Positions 50,385-62,918 are shown, counted from the stretch's first letter. The stretch: DNA of 64,000 nucleotides from an uncultured Desulfatitalea sp. (GCA_963668675.2 CAXXMB010000001.1:1216001-1280000), one strand, 5' to 3'. Notes: generated by a model from the letters alone, not told the origin. Made by a program: numbers and translations.

Positions 50385-51287
50385 CTATTCTCCTTGTTGA
50401 CCAGCTTCAGCGGTCGTATCTTCCTTCTCGGCGGGTTGTGTATCTGCATCCTCTTCACCTGTCTTGCGGATGATTTCAACGATGGGCCCCTGGGAGCCGT
50501 CGGAAATCACCTTGCGCTCGCCTGGCTTAAGATCCGCTACCTTCGTTTCGATCTCGGAAGGTGTCTCGTCCGCCTTGTCGACCTCGGCTTGCTTTTTCTC
50601 TTTAAAACGCTTCTGGCCTTCGATGCATGCATCGGCCATACGCGAAGAGACCAATCGGATGGCGCGAATCGCGTCATCATTGCCCGGAATGATATAATCC
50701 ACTTCATCAGGATCGCAATTGGTATCCACAATAGAGACAATGGGAATATTGAGTCTGCGCGCCTCCCGGATTGCGATGGACTCGTTTTTGGGATCAATCA
50801 CGAACATTGCCCCCGGCAACTTGCCCATACTGCGGATGCCCCCCAGAGTGCTGTCCAGCTTGGTTCTCTCCTTACCCATTTTGAGCCGCTCTTTCTTGGG
50901 GAAGAGCTCTATTGTTCCGTCGAGTTCAATCTGATTCAGGTAGTTTAGACGATCGATGCTCTTTTTGATCGTCTGGAAATTGGTCAGCATGCCACCCAAC
51001 CATCGATTGTGAACATAGAACATTTCACAACGGTTGGCCTCTTCGTAAATCGCTTCCCGGGCCTGCTTTTTGGTTCCGACAAACAGAACGGATTTTCCTG
51101 AAGCGGCTGTGTCAATAATGAAGTCATAGGCGGTTTTGAACATACGCACCGTCTTTTGCAAATCGACGATGTAAATACCGTTGCGGGCGCCGAAGATATA
51201 CGGCTTCATCTTTGGGTTCCATCGTTTCGTCTGGTGACCAAAATGAACACCGGCTTCAAGCAGCTCTTTCATGGTTACATAAGCCAT
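50385..51287 (-). CDS. rpsB: 30S ribosomal protein S2
   Basis: [27 protein letters not shown]. Confidence 0.98.
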   Translation of the reverse strand: MAYVTMKELLEAGVHFGHQTKRWNPKMKPYIFGARNGIYIVDLQKTVRMFKTAYDFIIDTAASGKSVLFVGTKKQAREAIYEEANRCEMFYVHNRWLGGMLTNFQTIKKSIDRLNYLNQIELDGTIELFPKKERLKMGKERTKLDSTLGGIRSMGKLPGAMFVIDPKNESIAIREARRLNIPIVSIVDTNCDPDEVDYIIPGNDDAIRAIRLVSSRMADACIEGQKRFKEKKQAEVDKADETPSEIETKVADLKPGERKVISDGSQGPIVEIIRKTGEEDADTQPAEKEDTTAEAGQQGE

Positions 51288-51304
51288 TTCCTACTCCTTT
51301 AAGT

Positions 51305-51385
51305 TTGGTTGTTCTTTCGTTCACTTCATCCCCAGCCCCAACTTTCAATCGAAAGCACCCGAAGCTGAGTCCGTGAACGTGAGAG
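51305..51385 (-). promoter_or_regulatory. Putative S2 (rpsB) autoregulatory leader RNA
   Basis: Minus strand nested stems CGUUCAC/GUGAACG and CUCAGC/GCUGGG, GGGUG in the loop and AACC before the RBS. Confidence 0.55.
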
Positions 51386-51627
51386 TTAGTGCCCATCCGA
51401 AAAACGGCATCCCGGACAAGAATCCCGGGGACCTGATTCAAGCTGCAAACGGCCGTTTCCGCTATGGACGTGGGTTACGGGTTAAAACCGAAGATTTGTA
51501 ACAAATCGCTCTTCGGTCTGCAACATTTTTTTGGTCTTTGCCCAGCTGCAGATTCGTCCTGCCAAACCGTCCCTACGCTTGACAACATCATCTTGAAACC
51601 CCAGCGGCCGAGAGAGGCTCTATTACT

Positions 51628-52521
51628 CTATTTTTGAATAACAGCAACACGGTCATGGCCACTGTAATCCTTTAAAAAGCGGATCGACGAATAGTTTCCG
51701 AGTTGCCGGACAAGGTGTTGAAACGCCGCTTTCTGGTCGTAGCCGATCTCGAGCATCACCACTCCGTCGGCACGAAGGTGGCGATGCGAATGGGCCAGTA
51801 TGGCCTTTATGTCGTCCATCCCATCCGCTCCCCCGTCGAGGGCGGCGAGAGGCTCGAAACGCCTGATGTCATCTGATAGGCTATCGATATCTGCCTTGGC
51901 AATATAGGGTGGGTTGGACACGATCATGTCGAACTGTCCCCGTTCTGTAGAGAGGGGCGATAGCCAATCGCCGACCAGGAAATGAATGTATTGATCCACA
52001 CCGTTTCGTCGGGCATTGTTTCTGGCCACACGAATTGCCGGCCAGGAACGGTCCGTCGCCAAAAAACGTCCAGCTCTCAGTTCGTTCGCAATGGCCACGG
52101 AGATTGCCCCTGATCCGACGCCCAGTTCGAGAATTTTAACTGTGGGCATCCCAACCAGGCCTGAGAGATATTCAATTGCAGCCTCCACCAGACGCTCGGT
52201 ATCGGGCCTCGGGATCAAAACGGCGGGGGACACCTGGAACAACAGAGACCAGAACTCCTTTACGCCCGTGATGTAAGCAATCGGCTCGAATGTCGCCCTG
52301 CGCTTTATAAGGCTTTTAAGATCGGCCAACTCGTCATCGTTTAACGGCTGGTCATATCTCACATAGAGATCGATGCGTTCACAGCCTAAAACATGGGCCA
52401 ATAAAATTTCAGCGTCCATCCTGGGAGTTTCAATGGCACGGCGTTTGAAATAGTCGGTGGTCCAATTGAGTGTCTTGAGTATGGTCCAGGAGTCGGTTTC
52501 GTTTCGGCCGCTACTGCTCAT
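51628..52521 (-). CDS. prmC: Release factor glutamine methyltransferase
   Basis: [28 protein letters not shown]. Confidence 0.96.
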   Translation of the reverse strand: MSSSGRNETDSWTILKTLNWTTDYFKRRAIETPRMDAEILLAHVLGCERIDLYVRYDQPLNDDELADLKSLIKRRATFEPIAYITGVKEFWSLLFQVSPAVLIPRPDTERLVEAAIEYLSGLVGMPTVKILELGVGSGAISVAIANELRAGRFLATDRSWPAIRVARNNARRNGVDQYIHFLVGDWLSPLSTERGQFDMIVSNPPYIAKADIDSLSDDIRRFEPLAALDGGADGMDDIKAILAHSHRHLRADGVVMLEIGYDQKAAFQHLVRQLGNYSSIRFLKDYSGHDRVAVIQK

Positions 52522-53575
52522 GCTGCAAAGCTTGGCTCTGATAGAAGGTAGTAAGGCCGTCAATGATCTCATCAAGCTCGCCCTGCAGGATGATCTCCAG
52601 CTTATAGAGGGTCAATCCGATGCGATGGTCGGTCACACGGCCTTGTGGAAAGTTGTAAGTGCGGATGCGTTCACTGCGATCACCGCTGCCCACCTGACTC
52701 CTGCGCTCCTCGGAGCGCTTGGCATCCTGCTCCTTGGTAATCTTGTCCAGCAAGCGTGCCCGTAGCACCTTCATCGCCTTGGCCTTGTTTTTATGCTGGG
52801 ACTTTTCATCCTGGCAACTTACCACCAGTCCGGAGGGCAGATGAGTAATCCGAACAGCCGAGTCTGTTGTGTTGACCGATTGCCCGCCCGGGCCTGCCGA
52901 TCGAAAAACATCGATTCTCAATTCATTGGGGTCGATGTCCACTTCTACATCTTCAGCCTCAGGCAATACGGCCACCGTGACCGCGGAGGTGTGAATCCGA
53001 CCCTGCGTTTCGGTTGTCGGCACACGCTGCACCCGGTGGGTGCCGCTTTCAAACTTCAGCCGACTATAGGCGCCTTTGCCCTTCACCATAACAATAACCT
53101 CTTTTAATCCTCCAACACCGGTCGTATGGTGGTCCATCACCTCCATTTTCCAGTTTCGCGCCTCGGCATATCGGCTATACATCTTATAAAGGTCGCCAGC
53201 AAAGAGACCGGCCTCGTCCCCGCCGGTACCCGCGCGTATCTCCAGCAAAACGTTCTTATCATCCAGAGGATCTTTAGGGATGAGTAGCTTCTTCAGCTCC
53301 TCCTCAATCTCCTCTTTTCGCTGGGTAAGCCGGTCGACCTCCTCTCTGGCAAGGTGCTTGATCCCGGGATCACTGTCCTTGAGAAGTTCGAGGCTCTCGT
53401 CCAGCTCCTGATCCACCTTTTGGTACTCCCTGAAGCTGCTGACAATCTCACTGATCTCGGAATGCTCCCGGGCATACTTCTGGTAAGCGGCGCGATCCTT
53501 CACCACCTCCGGGTCACTGAGCAATCCTTCCAGTTGACCAAAGCGATCTTCAACGCCTTTAAGTTTATTAAACAT
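52511..53575 (-). CDS. prfA: Peptide chain release factor 1
   Basis: GTGGDEA, VPTT, GGQ, RTYNFPQ. Confidence 0.97.
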   Translation of the reverse strand: MFNKLKGVEDRFGQLEGLLSDPEVVKDRAAYQKYAREHSEISEIVSSFREYQKVDQELDESLELLKDSDPGIKHLAREEVDRLTQRKEEIEEELKKLLIPKDPLDDKNVLLEIRAGTGGDEAGLFAGDLYKMYSRYAEARNWKMEVMDHHTTGVGGLKEVIVMVKGKGAYSRLKFESGTHRVQRVPTTETQGRIHTSAVTVAVLPEAEDVEVDIDPNELRIDVFRSAGPGGQSVNTTDSAVRITHLPSGLVVSCQDEKSQHKNKAKAMKVLRARLLDKITKEQDAKRSEERRSQVGSGDRSERIRTYNFPQGRVTDHRIGLTLYKLEIILQGELDEIIDGLTTFYQSQALQHEQ

Positions 53576-53775
53576 AATATCTCAACAATATTCAGTATTT
53601 TTTCTATACATCGCCTGCCGACACGTCCTGCACAATCCGTTCCCATAACCTTAAATAGACTTAAAATGTCACGCCTCAAACCGACCAGCGAAGTGGGCCC
53701 CATAATACGTCAAGCTGCCACCGCAAGGGTTGACAGCTTGAGAATGAGGTTCTCTTCGAACCGGATCGAACAGTG

Positions 53776-53988
53776 CTATTTGTCTTTCTGAAATTTTGCG
53801 TATTTTTTTCTGAAACGCTCGATACGCCCGGCCGTATCCACCAATTTCTGTTTTCCAGTAAAAAAGGGATGGCACTGGGAACAGATTTCGATAGATATCT
53901 CTTTCTTGGTCGAGCCGACGTTGAAAGTGTTCCCGCAGGCGCACTTGATAGTCGTCTCTTCGTATTTCGGATGAATATCTGTTTTCAT
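53776..53988 (-). CDS. rpmE: 50S ribosomal protein L31 (Zn-binding type)
   Basis: [18 protein letters not shown]. Confidence 0.97.
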   Translation of the reverse strand: MKTDIHPKYEETTIKCACGNTFNVGSTKKEISIEICSQCHPFFTGKQKLVDTAGRIERFRKKYAKFQKDK

Positions 53989-54012
53989 AATAATTTCAAC
54001 CCCCTAAAAGCT

Positions 54013-55260
54013 TTATGCATTCATTGAATCTAAAAACTCTTTATTATCGCTGGTTCCTTGCATTTTATCAAGCACAAATTCGAGAGCATCAGCAGGATTG
54101 AGGGAGGCCAGCAGTTTTCGGAGAATCCAAACCCGGTTGAGTGTCTGCTCGTCGAGCAGCAACTCCTCCTTGCGCGTACCGGACTTTTTAATATCGATGG
54201 CCGGGAATATCCGTTTGTCGGCCAGTCTCCGATCCAGCTGAATCTCCATATTACCGGTGCCTTTGAACTCCTCGAAAATGACCTCATCCATGCGACTGCC
54301 GGTATCGATAAGCGCTGTGGCGATAATTGTCAAACTGCCGCCATCCTCAATATTGCGTGCCGCTCCAAAAAAGCGTTTGGGACGCTGCAGTGCGTTAGAG
54401 TCGACACCGCCGGACAATATTTTCCCCGAAGGCGGCATGACCGAGTTGTAGGCGCGTGCCAATCTGGTGATGCTATCAAGAAGAATGACCACATTTTTCT
54501 TATGCTCTACAAGGCGTTTGGCTTTTTCAATGACCATCTCAGCCACCTGAACATGGCGTTCAGCCGGTTCGTCGAAGGTGGAGCTGATCACCTCACCATT
54601 GACCGAGCGCTGCATATCGGTCACCTCTTCGGGACGTTCGTCGATGAGCAGGACGAAAAGCGTTATATCCTTATGATTCTTCGTAATACTATTGGCGATA
54701 CTCTGCAGCAGCATCGTCTTGCCCGAACGGGGAGGCGATACGATCAACCCCCTCTGCCCAAACCCCACCGGCGTCAGCAGATCCATGATCCGCGCGGAGT
54801 AGTTTTCTGGTTCCGTTTCCAGGTTGGTTTTCTCGTCCGGATATAAAGGTGTCAAATTGTCAAAAAGAATTTTGTCTCTGGCCGTTTCGGGGTCCTCATA
54901 ATTGATGGCCTCCACTTTGAGCAGTGCAAAATAGCGCTCGGACTCCTTCGGCTGTCGGATCTGGCCGGAAACGGTGTCACCTGTGCGTATATTGAAACGT
55001 CTGATCTGCGAGGGTGAAACATATATGTCATCAGGGCCAGGCAAATAGTTGTAACTTGGTGCGCGCAGAAATCCAAAACCATCCGGCAGAATTTCGAGAG
55101 TACCTTCTCCGTAGATCAGGCCATTTTTCTCGATTTGGGCCTGAAGCAAAGAGAAGATCAGCTCCTGCTTCCGCATTCCGGCATAGCCTTCGATCTTCAG
55201 CTTTTTGGCCATTTGGGTCAACTCATTGATTTTCATGCTTTTTAATTCAGAAACATTCAT
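54013..55260 (-). CDS. rho: Transcription termination factor Rho
   Basis: [32 protein letters not shown]. Confidence 0.98.
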   Translation of the reverse strand: MNVSELKSMKINELTQMAKKLKIEGYAGMRKQELIFSLLQAQIEKNGLIYGEGTLEILPDGFGFLRAPSYNYLPGPDDIYVSPSQIRRFNIRTGDTVSGQIRQPKESERYFALLKVEAINYEDPETARDKILFDNLTPLYPDEKTNLETEPENYSARIMDLLTPVGFGQRGLIVSPPRSGKTMLLQSIANSITKNHKDITLFVLLIDERPEEVTDMQRSVNGEVISSTFDEPAERHVQVAEMVIEKAKRLVEHKKNVVILLDSITRLARAYNSVMPPSGKILSGGVDSNALQRPKRFFGAARNIEDGGSLTIIATALIDTGSRMDEVIFEEFKGTGNMEIQLDRRLADKRIFPAIDIKKSGTRKEELLLDEQTLNRVWILRKLLASLNPADALEFVLDKMQGTSDNKEFLDSMNA

Positions 55261-55542
55261 TAACGCACTCCATTACAAGATCGTTTTCTATTTCCCTCGG
55301 GATGACGCTCAAGCGGCCCATTTGCTGTGTTATGAGCCAAAAGCAAATAGGTGAGCCGAACGCTCGAAACCCGTGCCAAACCGCTCGAAAAAAAATGCTT
55401 TTCCGTCAAATTGGGTGTTTCGCCCTTCCGATGATGGTGGAACAGTTGATAGCTATGGAGGAATAAGAAGTTATTTGTTTTCGGAGAAAATTGCTTCCAA
55501 GATTCTCTCCAACAGGGCGGGCTCCAACATACTGGGGAATTG

Positions 55543-55569
55543 ATTATATCAAGGTATTAGGCCTGTCAA
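55543..55569 (-). promoter_or_regulatory. Candidate rho promoter
   Basis: Minus strand TTGACA-15bp-TATAAT with extended -10 TG (TGATATAAT); spacer is short. Confidence 0.55.
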
Positions 55570-55705
55570 GCTTTTTTGATATGCGGCAGGGTCGTGATTT
55601 ATTGGCCTTTCTTTGAACACCGCGCTCTAAAGTCGGTGATCGGAAATATTGCCCATCCGTCAGCTCCGGAATCTGCATTCCATTTACGGTTCGGATCAGC
55701 GGCAT

Positions 55706-55748
55706 AAAAGAAAAAACGCTTGTGGTGCAGAACCGCGCCACAAGCGTT
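55706..55748 (-). terminator. Rho-independent terminator after adk
   Basis: AACGCTTGTGGtGC-6nt-GCgCCACAAGCGTT stem, T run on minus strand. Confidence 0.75.
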
Positions 55749-55782
55749 ATATGCACAAACCCGCTACCAATCTGACGTTCAA

Positions 55783-56451
<669 letters not shown>

Positions 56452-56500
56452 TTATAATTTAACGTATTATTGGGGTTTTTATCGTGAATTTCATTGCGCA

Positions 56501-56530
56501 TGATACCACATTAAGTGATACCACATTAAG
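56501..56530. repeat. Perfect 15-bp tandem duplication upstream of adk
   Basis: TGATACCACATTAAG x2. Confidence 0.9.
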
Positions 56531-56829
56531 GGTGCTGTAAAGCTGTCGAATATTACCGAAACATCGTTTGGTGTCAACCCAATTATGCCACGACGGAACG
56601 ATCGTGGCGACCGTTCTAAACCCCCTGATACGCTTTGCGACGTTGACACGATTTGCGTATACGGATACCTTTCATCCATTATATGAATTTGCCGTCAAAG
56701 CTGTTTCCTGTGAAATTGGAGTTGCAATCTCCCTAAAATCTGTATATAGATCCGTTTTCGCTTAATTGCTGCACCAAATAAACATCCGTGAAGCGCACTA
56801 TGTGGGATGGAACGAAGGGGGCGAGATAG

Positions 56830-57036
56830 TTGAAAGAGATTACCGTTAGGGTGCAAGATAACGACCTTGAAAAAGCCATGCGGATTTTGAAAAAGAAAAT
56901 TCAGAACGATGGCCTTTTCAAGCGGTTAAAGCTTAAGAAAAGCTACGAGAAGCCGAGCGAATACCGCCGCCGGAAACAGCGCGAAGCGCTTAGACGGCAG
57001 CGCATCGCAGCAGCACGCAGAAAAAGATTTCGCTAA
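56830..57036 (+). CDS. rpsU: 30S ribosomal protein S21
   Basis: LEKAMR.LKKK, YEKPS..RRRK; TTG start. Confidence 0.9.
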   Translation: MKEITVRVQDNDLEKAMRILKKKIQNDGLFKRLKLKKSYEKPSEYRRRKQREALRRQRIAAARRKRFR

Positions 57037-57059
57037 ATACAAAAGTGTTGCCACATATA

Positions 57060-57102
57060 GAGCCCGGTTGTCACCACAAATGACGCCGGGTTCTTCTGTT
57101 TT
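57060..57102 (+). terminator. Possible terminator after rpsU
   Basis: GAGCCCGG..GTCA/TGAC.CCGGGTTC interrupted stem followed by TTCTGTTTT. Confidence 0.45.
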
Positions 57103-57186
57103 AAATCTCTTACGATGCCCTGGGCTACAAGAAGCAATCAATCCGAACCGGTTGAATCAGTGGAAGCATCGTATCAGGAGGTTGCC

Positions 57187-58518
57187 ATGGGCGATTCAGA
57201 GTACCACAACGCTTTGGCGTCGATGTTCCGTTTGCATCGATTCGGTATCAAACTGGGGCTGGATACCATTACCGCAATGCTCTCTGCCCTGGGGGATCCC
57301 CATAAGCAGTTTAAAACCATTCATATTGCCGGCACCAACGGGAAGGGCTCTGTCGCTGCGATGCTGACAGCTATCCTGAGAGCCTCGGGATACTCGGTGG
57401 GGCGCTATACTTCCCCCCACCTCGAACGTTTCAATGAAAGAATCTGCATTGATGACCAACCCATCTCCGATGATGAGGTGGTCATGGATTATCAACAGGT
57501 TATGGCGATCGAGGATTTACCCCGCCAACCGACCTTCTTTGAATTCACAACGGCAATGGCGTTTGAGGCCTTTGCCCGCCACCAGGTTGAGTGGGCCGTT
57601 ATTGAGACAGGCATGGGGGGGCGCCTGGATGCGACCAGCGTGATCGACCCCGTGCTCAGCATCATCACCAACATCTCTCTGGAGCACAAACAATACTTGG
57701 GCGGTACGCTACCGCTTATTGCCGGCGAAAAGGCCGGCATCATCAAACCGAAGGTGCCTGTTGTCAGCGGCGTCCGACAAAAAACAGCCCGAGCGGTCAT
57801 CGCCCGAAAAGCGGCCAAAGAGCGCGCCAGATTGATTCAGATGGGCAATGATGTCAAGTACCGACGCCATGCTACGAAGGGCTTCAGCTATTTCGGCCTC
57901 TATCACCGTTGGCGCAACATCCAGATGAGTTTGGCTGGAGAACATCAGGTCGACAATGCATCCCTGGTGCTGGCGGCCTGCGAACTCCTGGATCACAACC
58001 GTATAGCAGATATCGACGAAGCGTCCGTGCGCAAGGGGTTGATTTCGGCCTCGTGGTCGGGACGCCTCGAAATCGCATGCAAAGCGCCGTTTGTGATTCT
58101 GGATGGCGCCCACAATCTGATGGCCGCCCGGGTTCTCGGTCGCTATCTAAAACGCCATTTCAGCGATCGGGATATAACGCTGGTGGTCGGTGTTCTCGAT
58201 GACAAACCCTATGCATCGATTCTGAAAGATCTGATCGGCCCCAGTCGCCGTGTTGTGGTCACCCAGCCCCGAATCGATCGAGCGGTTCCTGTTGAGCGCC
58301 TGGCAAGTGTGGCGAAGCGCTTCAACGAAAATGTGACGATCGAGAAAGATGTGGGCGACGCCCTGAGATATGCGATATCCTCAAGCAGTCCGGAAGACGT
58401 GATCTGTGTAGCCGGATCGCTATATGTCGTAGGAGAGGCCAAGACGGCTTTGACTGAGATGGTAAAAGCCGGGGCAGAACCGAATCCGTGCCTTGACTTG
58501 AAACGGAAGATCCATTAA
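57187..58518 (+). CDS. folC: Folylpolyglutamate/dihydrofolate synthase
   Basis: HIAGTNGKGS, YTSPHL, ETGMGGRLDAT, DGAHN, GSLY. Confidence 0.96.
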   Translation: MGDSEYHNALASMFRLHRFGIKLGLDTITAMLSALGDPHKQFKTIHIAGTNGKGSVAAMLTAILRASGYSVGRYTSPHLERFNERICIDDQPISDDEVVMDYQQVMAIEDLPRQPTFFEFTTAMAFEAFARHQVEWAVIETGMGGRLDATSVIDPVLSIITNISLEHKQYLGGTLPLIAGEKAGIIKPKVPVVSGVRQKTARAVIARKAAKERARLIQMGNDVKYRRHATKGFSYFGLYHRWRNIQMSLAGEHQVDNASLVLAACELLDHNRIADIDEASVRKGLISASWSGRLEIACKAPFVILDGAHNLMAARVLGRYLKRHFSDRDITLVVGVLDDKPYASILKDLIGPSRRVVVTQPRIDRAVPVERLASVAKRFNENVTIEKDVGDALRYAISSSSPEDVICVAGSLYVVGEAKTALTEMVKAGAEPNPCLDLKRKIH

Positions 58519-58533
58519 TCTTCCTCAAATTGC

Positions 58534-58609
58534 GCGCCCGTAGCTCAGTGGATAGAGCACCAGCCTCCGGAGCTGGGAGTCGTTGGTTCGATCCCAACCG
58601 GGCGTACCA
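58534..58609 (+). tRNA. tRNA-Arg (anticodon CCG)
   Basis: GCGCCCG/CGGGCGT acceptor stem, CCAGC-CTCCGGA-GCTGG anticodon arm, TTCGA T-loop, encoded CCA. Confidence 0.96.
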
Positions 58610-58618
58610 TGACAGCCT

Positions 58619-58654
58619 ATAGGGCCCAGATTACCATCTGTGCCCTATTTTTTT
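58619..58654 (+). terminator. Rho-independent terminator after tRNA
   Basis: ATAGGGCcCAGAT-tacc-ATCTGtGCCCTAT then T run. Confidence 0.75.
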
Positions 58655-58755
58655 CTCTTTGCCCCTCTCGCCAACTATGGGTCATTGCCACAGATGCGAT
58701 GGTGGCATGCCTTGATCTTGCAAACAATTTCATAGGTGATTATAGTCCAATCATT

Positions 58756-60603
58756 ATGGATACTCTAAACGAAAAATTTCCCGATCCAAAAGAGCTGGAA
58801 AAAGAGTTAGGCAATTTCCTGACCAAAAAATTCGGCGGATCCGTCAAGTTGGCCACCCCGATCGTCGTGCCCCAGGCCGAAGAGAGTGACCCGGAGGAAA
58901 AACCGGTTGATGGTTCGATCAAGATCAATTTTGATTTAAAGCCGGAAGAGCTCATCGCCTATCTGGATCAGTACATCATCAAACAGGACCAAGCCAAAGC
59001 GATCCTCTCGACCAAAATCTGCACCCATTTCAATCGTATCCGCCACAAGCAATCTTCTCCCAACGCGGTGGCCGATATGGTGGGCAGCATCAAAAACAAC
59101 ATTATCATGCTCGGGCCAACCGGTGTCGGGAAAACCTACATGATTCGCCTGATCGCCCACAAAATCGGCGTTCCGTTTGTCAAAGGCGACGCCACCAAGT
59201 TCAGTGAGACCGGTTACGTGGGTGGAGACGTCGAGGATCTCATCCGCGATTTGGTGCGCGAAGCAGATGGCGATATCGATAGTGCCCAGTTTGGTATTGT
59301 CTACATTGATGAGATCGACAAAATTGCATCGGCGCGGAACCTGGTTGGCGCAGATGTATCCCGAACCGGTGTTCAGCGCGCATTGCTGAAGCCGATGGAA
59401 GAGACCGAGGTTGATTTAAAGGTTCCGCACGATCCGATATCGATGATTCAGGAGATCGAACGGTTTCGTAAAACCGGTCATCGGGACAAATCGACTGTCA
59501 ACACAAAAAATATTCTCTTTATCATGAGCGGCGCTTTCTCAGGGCTTGAAAAAATTATCAATAAACGGATGACAGACCAGCCGATTGGTTTTGGTGCGAA
59601 TCTTGGCAAACAGAGCAACGCCTCGGAAGTTTTAAATCAGGTGAAATCGGAAGACCTGATCAATTTCGGTTTCGAATCCGAATTTGTGGGACGCCTTCCC
59701 GTCCGTGCGGTCTTCGAGCATCTCTCTGAAGAGGATCTGTATGACATCCTGAGCAATCCGAACAATCCGATCATCATAGGCAAAAAAATCGATTTTGCCG
59801 CTTACGGTATCAACGTAAGGTTTGGAGATGATGGCTTGCACCTCTTGGCCAAAAAGGCTTTTTCCGAGGGCACTGGCGCGAGAGGATTGGTCAGCGCTGT
59901 CGAGGGAGCCCTCCTATGCTTCGAAAGGCGATTGCCTTCCACCAAGATCCGCCAATTTGCAGTTACCGAAGATGTTATCACCCATGCCAGGGAGTGGCTG
60001 CTGAAACTGGAACCCCAACCGGATCATCCCGAGATGAAATCGATATGTGAAAACGTCCGCAACGAGGAAAAGTCAAAACTGATGCGATATGTTGCGGCCA
60101 ATAAATCCCATCTCTGCGACAAATTCGGAATCCCCCTTACACCCTTTAGGATCGATCTAATTGCCGATTACTACACGGCTCACACGCTGGATATCAATGG
60201 CGTTTTCGAATGGTTCCTATCGTTCTACGAACAGATTAAGACCATCGAGATGAAATTTCTAAAAAAACATGGCATCAACATTGTGTTTGAGGAGGACGCC
60301 ATCGATCACATTTTCACACAGTGGATAGCGGGCGCGTCGGACCTCGATGCCATTTACAAGCAATTGAGCGAAAACTTGGAATATGGGCTGAAGCTGGTTC
60401 GCGAGAAAACCGGGCGCAACCGCTTCTTCCTGACCCAACAAGCGCTTGATGCCCCGGAACAATTTATCAGTCAACTGCTTACAGAGGCACAGGATCTTCA
60501 CGACAATCCCATCTCCCTGGCCGCTAAAGATAATGGCCTGGAAAAGACCGGCACAGGAAGGGACAGTGCCGGAAAGGATAGTATCGGAAAGGATAGCAAT
60601 TAG
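58756..60603 (+). CDS. ClpX-like AAA+ ATPase lacking the Zn-binding domain, with C-terminal extension
   Basis: GPTGVGKT, DATKFSETGYVG, YIDEIDKI, DVS..GVQ.ALLK, IGF loop, EFVGRLP, TGARGL. Confidence 0.88.
   Translation: MDTLNEKFPDPKELEKELGNFLTKKFGGSVKLATPIVVPQAEESDPEEKPVDGSIKINFDLKPEELIAYLDQYIIKQDQAKAILSTKICTHFNRIRHKQSSPNAVADMVGSIKNNIIMLGPTGVGKTYMIRLIAHKIGVPFVKGDATKFSETGYVGGDVEDLIRDLVREADGDIDSAQFGIVYIDEIDKIASARNLVGADVSRTGVQRALLKPMEETEVDLKVPHDPISMIQEIERFRKTGHRDKSTVNTKNILFIMSGAFSGLEKIINKRMTDQPIGFGANLGKQSNASEVLNQVKSEDLINFGFESEFVGRLPVRAVFEHLSEEDLYDILSNPNNPIIIGKKIDFAAYGINVRFGDDGLHLLAKKAFSEGTGARGLVSAVEGALLCFERRLPSTKIRQFAVTEDVITHAREWLLKLEPQPDHPEMKSICENVRNEEKSKLMRYVAANKSHLCDKFGIPLTPFRIDLIADYYTAHTLDINGVFEWFLSFYEQIKTIEMKFLKKHGINIVFEEDAIDHIFTQWIAGASDLDAIYKQLSENLEYGLKLVREKTGRNRFFLTQQALDAPEQFISQLLTEAQDLHDNPISLAAKDNGLEKTGTGRDSAGKDSIGKDSN
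60556..60600 (+). repeat. Three imperfect 15-bp in-frame repeats
   Basis: GGAAGGGACAGTGCC GGAAAGGATAGTATC GGAAAGGATAGCAAT = GRDSA GKDSI GKDSN. Confidence 0.8.
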
Positions 60604-61791
60604 ATGATCGGTATCTCTAAACTTTACTGTGGCACGGTAGAGCCCAGTGACGCTCTACGCTACGGCCGCCACTCTTCTCAACTGCCCAGTCACCTGCTTC
60701 AATTTTCCGAGGACAAACGACCGGTGATCGTTTGGAATATCACCAAGGCCTGCAACCTTAAATGCGTCCATTGCTACGCACATGCCACTGAAAATAGTAC
60801 TTCGGACGAACTGAGCACCGAGGAGGGTTTTCGGTTGATTGATGATTTGGCCGCCTTCGGATCACCAGTACTTCTCTTCTCCGGAGGCGAACCTCTGGTG
60901 CGCAAAGATCTTCCCGAGCTTGCAGCGTATGCCGTCGACAAAGGGATGCGCGCCGTCATCAGCACCAATGGTACCCTTATCGACCGAAATACGGCTCGCA
61001 ACCTCAAGCAGATCGGATTATCCTATGTCGGCATCAGTCTCGATGGGCTGGAGCCAGTCAATGACCACTTCCGCGGCGTCAAAGGCGCATTTGCAAAAGC
61101 GATGGAAGGCATCCGCAATTGCCAGGAAGCCGGCATCAAGGTGGGGTTGCGCTTTACCATGAACAAACGCAACGCGAATGAAATTCCGGGCATCTTCGAC
61201 CTGCTGGAGGAGATGGAGATCCCCCGTGTTTGCTTTTACCATCTTGTCTATGCAGGGCGCGGCTCTGCACTGATAAAGGAGGACCTGTCCCACCAGGAGA
61301 CCCGAGAAGCCGTCGATCTGATCATCGAGCGAACAAAACGGCTTCATGACATGGGCAAACCCAAAGAGGTCCTCACTGTTGACAACCATGCCGACGGCCC
61401 CTATCTCTATCTGCGTTTGAAAGAGGTCGATCCCAAGCGGGCTGAAGAGGTTATGGAGCTGTTAAAAATGAACGAAGGCAACAGTTCCGGGCGCGGTATC
61501 GGCTGCGTCAGTTGGGATGGCAACGTTTATGCGGATCAATTCTGGCGCCATCACAGCTTCGGCAATGTCCGTCAACGGCCGTTCTCCCAAATATGGACCG
61601 ATCCGGAAGACCGTTTTTTGCAGCGTTTAAAAGAGAAGAAAATTCATGTACAGGGGCGTTGTGCCACATGCCGCTGGCTTGACGTCTGCGGTGGCAACTT
61701 CCGTGTACGGGCCGAGGCGGTCAGCGGCAATGTCTGGGCACCCGATCCGGCATGTTATCTAACGGACGAAGAGATTGCCCAATCGCTTTGA
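60604..61791 (+). CDS. ahbC: 12,18-didecarboxysiroheme deacetylase (radical SAM)
   Basis: MIGISKLYCG start, CNLKCVHCY, TVDNHADG, C-terminal CxxC..C.G.R; next to hemB. Confidence 0.92.
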   Translation: MIGISKLYCGTVEPSDALRYGRHSSQLPSHLLQFSEDKRPVIVWNITKACNLKCVHCYAHATENSTSDELSTEEGFRLIDDLAAFGSPVLLFSGGEPLVRKDLPELAAYAVDKGMRAVISTNGTLIDRNTARNLKQIGLSYVGISLDGLEPVNDHFRGVKGAFAKAMEGIRNCQEAGIKVGLRFTMNKRNANEIPGIFDLLEEMEIPRVCFYHLVYAGRGSALIKEDLSHQETREAVDLIIERTKRLHDMGKPKEVLTVDNHADGPYLYLRLKEVDPKRAEEVMELLKMNEGNSSGRGIGCVSWDGNVYADQFWRHHSFGNVRQRPFSQIWTDPEDRFLQRLKEKKIHVQGRCATCRWLDVCGGNFRVRAEAVSGNVWAPDPACYLTDEEIAQSL

Positions 61792-61892
61792 GATCCTTCG
61801 GGGAAATAGATCCGACACACTGCGAAGCAAAGGGTTCTGCATGATGCTGCCCGTTCTTGAACACTCTCTATAATCAGACCAAGGAGACGACG

Positions 61893-62873
61893 ATGCTGTT
61901 TCCAGACTATCGCCCACGACGCATGCGTCAAAATGAAGCATTCAGACGAATGGTCCGAGAAACCCACCTTAACGTAGACGATTTGATCCTGCCTCTGTTT
62001 GCCACCCACGGTAAAGATGTGAAAAATCCAATCCCCTCGATGCCGGGGCATTTTCAACTTTCGATCAACCACGTTGCGACTGCTGCTCAACATGCTTTAC
62101 GCCTGGGCATACCTGCTATCATCCTTTTCGGCATTCCTCCCAAAAAGGATGCCCTCGGGACTCAGGCCTACGCCCAAAATGGCATTGTGCAAAATGCCAT
62201 ACGGGCCATCAAGGAGAAATCCCCTGAACTTCTTGTGATTACGGATGTCTGCCTATGTGAATATACCGACCACGGCCATTGCGGTGTGGTCGAGGGCAAT
62301 ACCGTCGATAACGATGCGACCCTTGATCTGCTCGCCAGAACCGCCCTCTCACATGCCAAGGCCGGCGCCGACATGGTGGCTCCGTCGGACATGATGGATG
62401 GCCGGGTGACCGAAATACGTAACGCCTTGGATGAATCGAACTTCAGCCACATTCCGATCATGTCCTACGCCGCTAAATACTGTTCGGCTTTTTATGGACC
62501 GTTCAGAGAAGCGGCCGAATCGGCGCCCAAGTTCGGCGATCGGCGTTCGTATCAAATGGACCCGGCCAATGCACAGGAGGCCATCCGGGAAGTCTCAATG
62601 GATGTCGAAGAAGGGGCCGACATTGTCATGGTCAAACCGGCCCTTCCCTATCTGGACATCATCTGCCGCGTCAAAGAAGAGTTCGACCTCCCTGTAGCCG
62701 CCTACAATGTCAGCGGAGAATTTGCCATGATAAAGGCGGCCGCCAAACAGGGGTGGCTGGACGAAAAGCGATCCATGATGGAGATGCTGACGTCCATCAA
62801 AAGGGCCGGTGCAGATATGATCCTGACCTATTTTGCTGTCGAAGCGGCTATGATGTTACAGGATAAACAGTAG
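61893..62873 (+). CDS. hemB: Porphobilinogen synthase (Zn-type)
   Basis: [35 protein letters not shown]. Confidence 0.97.
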   Translation: MLFPDYRPRRMRQNEAFRRMVRETHLNVDDLILPLFATHGKDVKNPIPSMPGHFQLSINHVATAAQHALRLGIPAIILFGIPPKKDALGTQAYAQNGIVQNAIRAIKEKSPELLVITDVCLCEYTDHGHCGVVEGNTVDNDATLDLLARTALSHAKAGADMVAPSDMMDGRVTEIRNALDESNFSHIPIMSYAAKYCSAFYGPFREAAESAPKFGDRRSYQMDPANAQEAIREVSMDVEEGADIVMVKPALPYLDIICRVKEEFDLPVAAYNVSGEFAMIKAAAKQGWLDEKRSMMEMLTSIKRAGADMILTYFAVEAAMMLQDKQ

Positions 62874-62918
62874 AGACAAAGCGATCAAGACGGAGATCCG
62901 GAAAGACAGGCGATTAAG

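Noticed and set aside
58534..58760. tRNA-Arg as an integration site for an island
   Set aside because: No integrase nearby and no duplicated tRNA 3' end seen; flanks are core genes
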